DNA of 64,000 bases, taken from the NCBI GenBank assembly GCA_963816145.1, contig CAWFJP010000011.1, positions 192,001 through 256,000 of the forward strand. The letters run 5' to 3'. The DNA comes from an uncultured delta proteobacterium. GTDB taxonomy: Bacteria; Desulfobacterota; Binatia; UBA9968. Under the pieces are notes generated by a model. That model ran no database searches. It was given only the letters and a program-made list of their open reading frames with translations, and had not been told where the DNA came from. Below, in pieces: positions 61,807 to 64,000 of the stretch (position 1 is its first letter; the number at the start of each line of letters is the position of its first letter). The position numbers and the translations under genes are program-made.

Positions 61807-62598
61807 GTGAATGATTCCATGTACCAAACTCTGCAATATCGAGAAGACGGCGCGGTGGCGACCATTCGACTGAACCGGCCACAGAAAAAGAATTCATTCA
61901 ATGGCGAGATGCGCCAGGAGCTCGAGCAGGCGCTGCAAGCAATCGCGGACCAAACCGAATTACGAGCGGTGGTCATCACCGGCGGCGACGAGATTTTTTG
62001 CGCCGGCGCCGACATCGGCGAGATGGGCGGCGACCCCAACGCCGAATCCTCGTACCGCCACGCGCGCGAGTTCCAGATTCTGTTCGATCAAGTGGAGTCG
62101 CTGCCGCAACCGGTGATCGCCGCGGTGTCCGGTTATGCGCTCGGCGGCGGCTGCGAGTTGGCCTTGGCGGCGGATTTTCGTATCGCCTCGGAGAGCGCGC
62201 GCTTCGGTCTGCCGGAAATAAAAATCGGCGCCTTTCCCGGCGGCGGCGGGACGCAAAGATTGACCCGTTTGATCGGCGCCGCCAAAGCCAAAGAATTGAT
62301 CCTCCTCGGCGATCCGATCACGGCCGAGCAGGCGCTCGCTCTCGGCTTGGTGATGAAAGTCGCGCCCAAGGACAAGTACATGGCGGAAGCCATGGAACTC
62401 GCCGTCAAGCTCGCCGCCCTGCCCCGCCTGGCGCTGCAAGCCTCGAAAATGTTGATCAACCGCAGCCAGGATGTCGACCTGGCCACCGGCCTGGAGTTCG
62501 AAGCGCGCACCTTCGGCGCCATCGCGCACTCACATGATTTGGCCGAGGGCACCCGAGCGTTTTTGGAAAAGCGTAAGCCTAATTTCACCGGCCATTGA
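61807..62598 (+). CDS. Enoyl-CoA hydratase/crotonase
   Basis: FCAGADI, GGGCELA and FGLPEI (both catalytic Glu present), AFLEKRKP. Confidence 0.92.
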   Translation: MNDSMYQTLQYREDGAVATIRLNRPQKKNSFNGEMRQELEQALQAIADQTELRAVVITGGDEIFCAGADIGEMGGDPNAESSYRHAREFQILFDQVESLPQPVIAAVSGYALGGGCELALAADFRIASESARFGLPEIKIGAFPGGGGTQRLTRLIGAAKAKELILLGDPITAEQALALGLVMKVAPKDKYMAEAMELAVKLAALPRLALQASKMLINRSQDVDLATGLEFEARTFGAIAHSHDLAEGTRAFLEKRKPNFTGH

Positions 62599-62657
62599 AA
62601 GCGCCGGCAGAGAAGTTACCGTCAGGACAATACCATCAATCGGAGGATACCCAGAGC

Positions 62658-63453
62658 ATGACCTACAACAGCTTCGTTTTCGAAAACAACGACGGCGTGG
62701 CGACGATCAGACTGAACGACCCGGAGCATCTCAACGCGCTGACCTTCCAAGTCTATGGCGATCTGGAAAAGATCTTCGCCGAATTCGCTCATGACACGTC
62801 GGTCAAGGTCGTTGTCTTGACCGGCACCGGCAAAGGTTTTTGCTCCGGCGGCCGGGTCGACGACATCATCGGCCCGCTGCTGAAAATGAAAGGCGACGAG
62901 CTCTACAAGTTTACGCGCATGACCTGCAACGTCGTCAAGAACATGCGCAACTTGAAAAAGCCCATCATCGCCGCGGTCAACGGCATCGCCGCCGGCGCCG
63001 GCGCCATGTTGATGCTGGCGTCCGATCTGCGGATTTTTTCCGACAAGGCGCGCGCCGCTTTTCTCTTTGTCAAAGTCGGCTTGTCCGGCGCCGACATGGG
63101 CGCGCTCTACCTGCTGCCGAGGATCGTTGGCCTGGGCAAAGCCACCGAGCTGGTCTACTTCGGCGATACCATCGACGCCCAGGAAGCCCACCGCATCGGC
63201 TTGGCCAATCGCGTCGTCGCCGGCGAGACCTTAATGGAGGAAGCTTACAAGTGGGCCAATCGCCTGAAAGACGGGCCTTTGTACGGGCTCGGCGTCACTA
63301 AAGAGCTGCTCGAATACGAGGCCAACGTGAATTTGGAAACGGCCTTGGAAATGGAAGCAGCCGCGCAGGCGCGCTGCATGGAGACGCCCGGATTTTATCG
63401 AGGGCTACAACGCGTTTGTCGAAAAGCGACCGCTGCGCTTTAACCGCGGCTGA
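62658..63453 (+). CDS. Enoyl-CoA hydratase family protein; extra base near 63390
   Basis: NALTF, FCSGG..DIIGPL, FLFVKVGLSGADMGA.YLLPRIVG; corrected tail DFIEGYNAFVEKR. Confidence 0.88.
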
Positions 63454-63476
63454 GAGCGGCACAGGAGGAAAACAAC

Positions 63477-63926
63477 ATGGCAAAAAATATTCACATCAGA
63501 AGCCTCGAAAAAGGCGATCTGGCGGCGATCGTCAACATGGAAGAACGCCAAACCGGCGTAGCCCGGCTCGACTATTGGGAGAAGCGGTTCGAAATCTCCG
63601 AAGCCATAAGGCCGCACTGGGCATCACTTGTCGCCGAATTCGATAACCGGGTCGTCGGATTTATCCTGGGCCGGGCCGGTGAACAGGAATTCGGGCTGCC
63701 TGGTACGGTGGCATGGGTCGAGATGATCGGTGTCGATCCAGCCTACCGCCGTCGCGGCGTTGCCGAAGAGCTGATGGAGCAATTCACCGAGTCGGCTGAA
63801 GACCACGGCATTAAGACCATCTTCACGTTGATCGATCCGAACCGATCTGATTTGCAGCATTTTTTCAGCAAGCTCGGTTTCGAGCACGGCAAGATGGTGC
63901 ACTATCAGAAGGATCTGTCGACCTAA
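63477..63926 (+). CDS. GNAT family acetyltransferase
   Basis: VVGFILG, IGVDPAYRRRGVA, FFSKLGF. Confidence 0.9.
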   Translation: MAKNIHIRSLEKGDLAAIVNMEERQTGVARLDYWEKRFEISEAIRPHWASLVAEFDNRVVGFILGRAGEQEFGLPGTVAWVEMIGVDPAYRRRGVAEELMEQFTESAEDHGIKTIFTLIDPNRSDLQHFFSKLGFEHGKMVHYQKDLST

Positions 63927-63971
63927 CTCGGCATCGTTGCGGGCTCACCGCCGAGTAAAAGGAATCAACCG

Positions 63972-64000
63972 ATGGATTTCGAATTGTCGGAGGAATTGGC
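63972..64000 (+). CDS. Probable acyl-CoA dehydrogenase N-terminus (truncated by the window end)
   Basis: MDFELSEEL is a typical ACAD start; only 9 codons visible. Confidence 0.45.

Overview
GC-rich bacterial window. Gene content suggests a Deltaproteobacteria-like heterotroph such as Binatia, but that is an inference. There are five blocks. (1) 1-12.8 kb: accessory enzymes and gene remnants followed by core genes (glnE, lpxA, yacG). (2) About 12.9-37.3 kb: a decayed island of mostly secreted or membrane hypothetical genes, with TPR proteins, an ECF sigma/anti-sigma pair, two NADAR remnants and an IS21 end. It is bracketed by a 3' tRNA-Gly fragment and a 3' comM fragment, and no integrase is visible. 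(3) 37.4-41.5 kb: a TTT transporter and a deacetylase. (4) 41.5-55.4 kb: hemerythrin and radical SAM genes divergent from an operon of Rrf2, a diheme-c/heme-b gamma subunit, a Tat-exported anammox-type NXR (nxrA, small ORF, nxrB), a chaperone, an HEXXH protein and an FmdE-MobB fusion. A palindromic repeat sits at the four junctions from the gamma subunit to the chaperone. (5) 55.6-64 kb: a compact class I benzoyl-CoA reductase-like operon with non-canonical downstream genes. Four sigma-54 -24/-12 motifs link blocks 4 and 5. Many conserved genes carry 1-2 nt indels that look like long-read assembly errors. All family calls come from motif recognition and recall; no searches were run.
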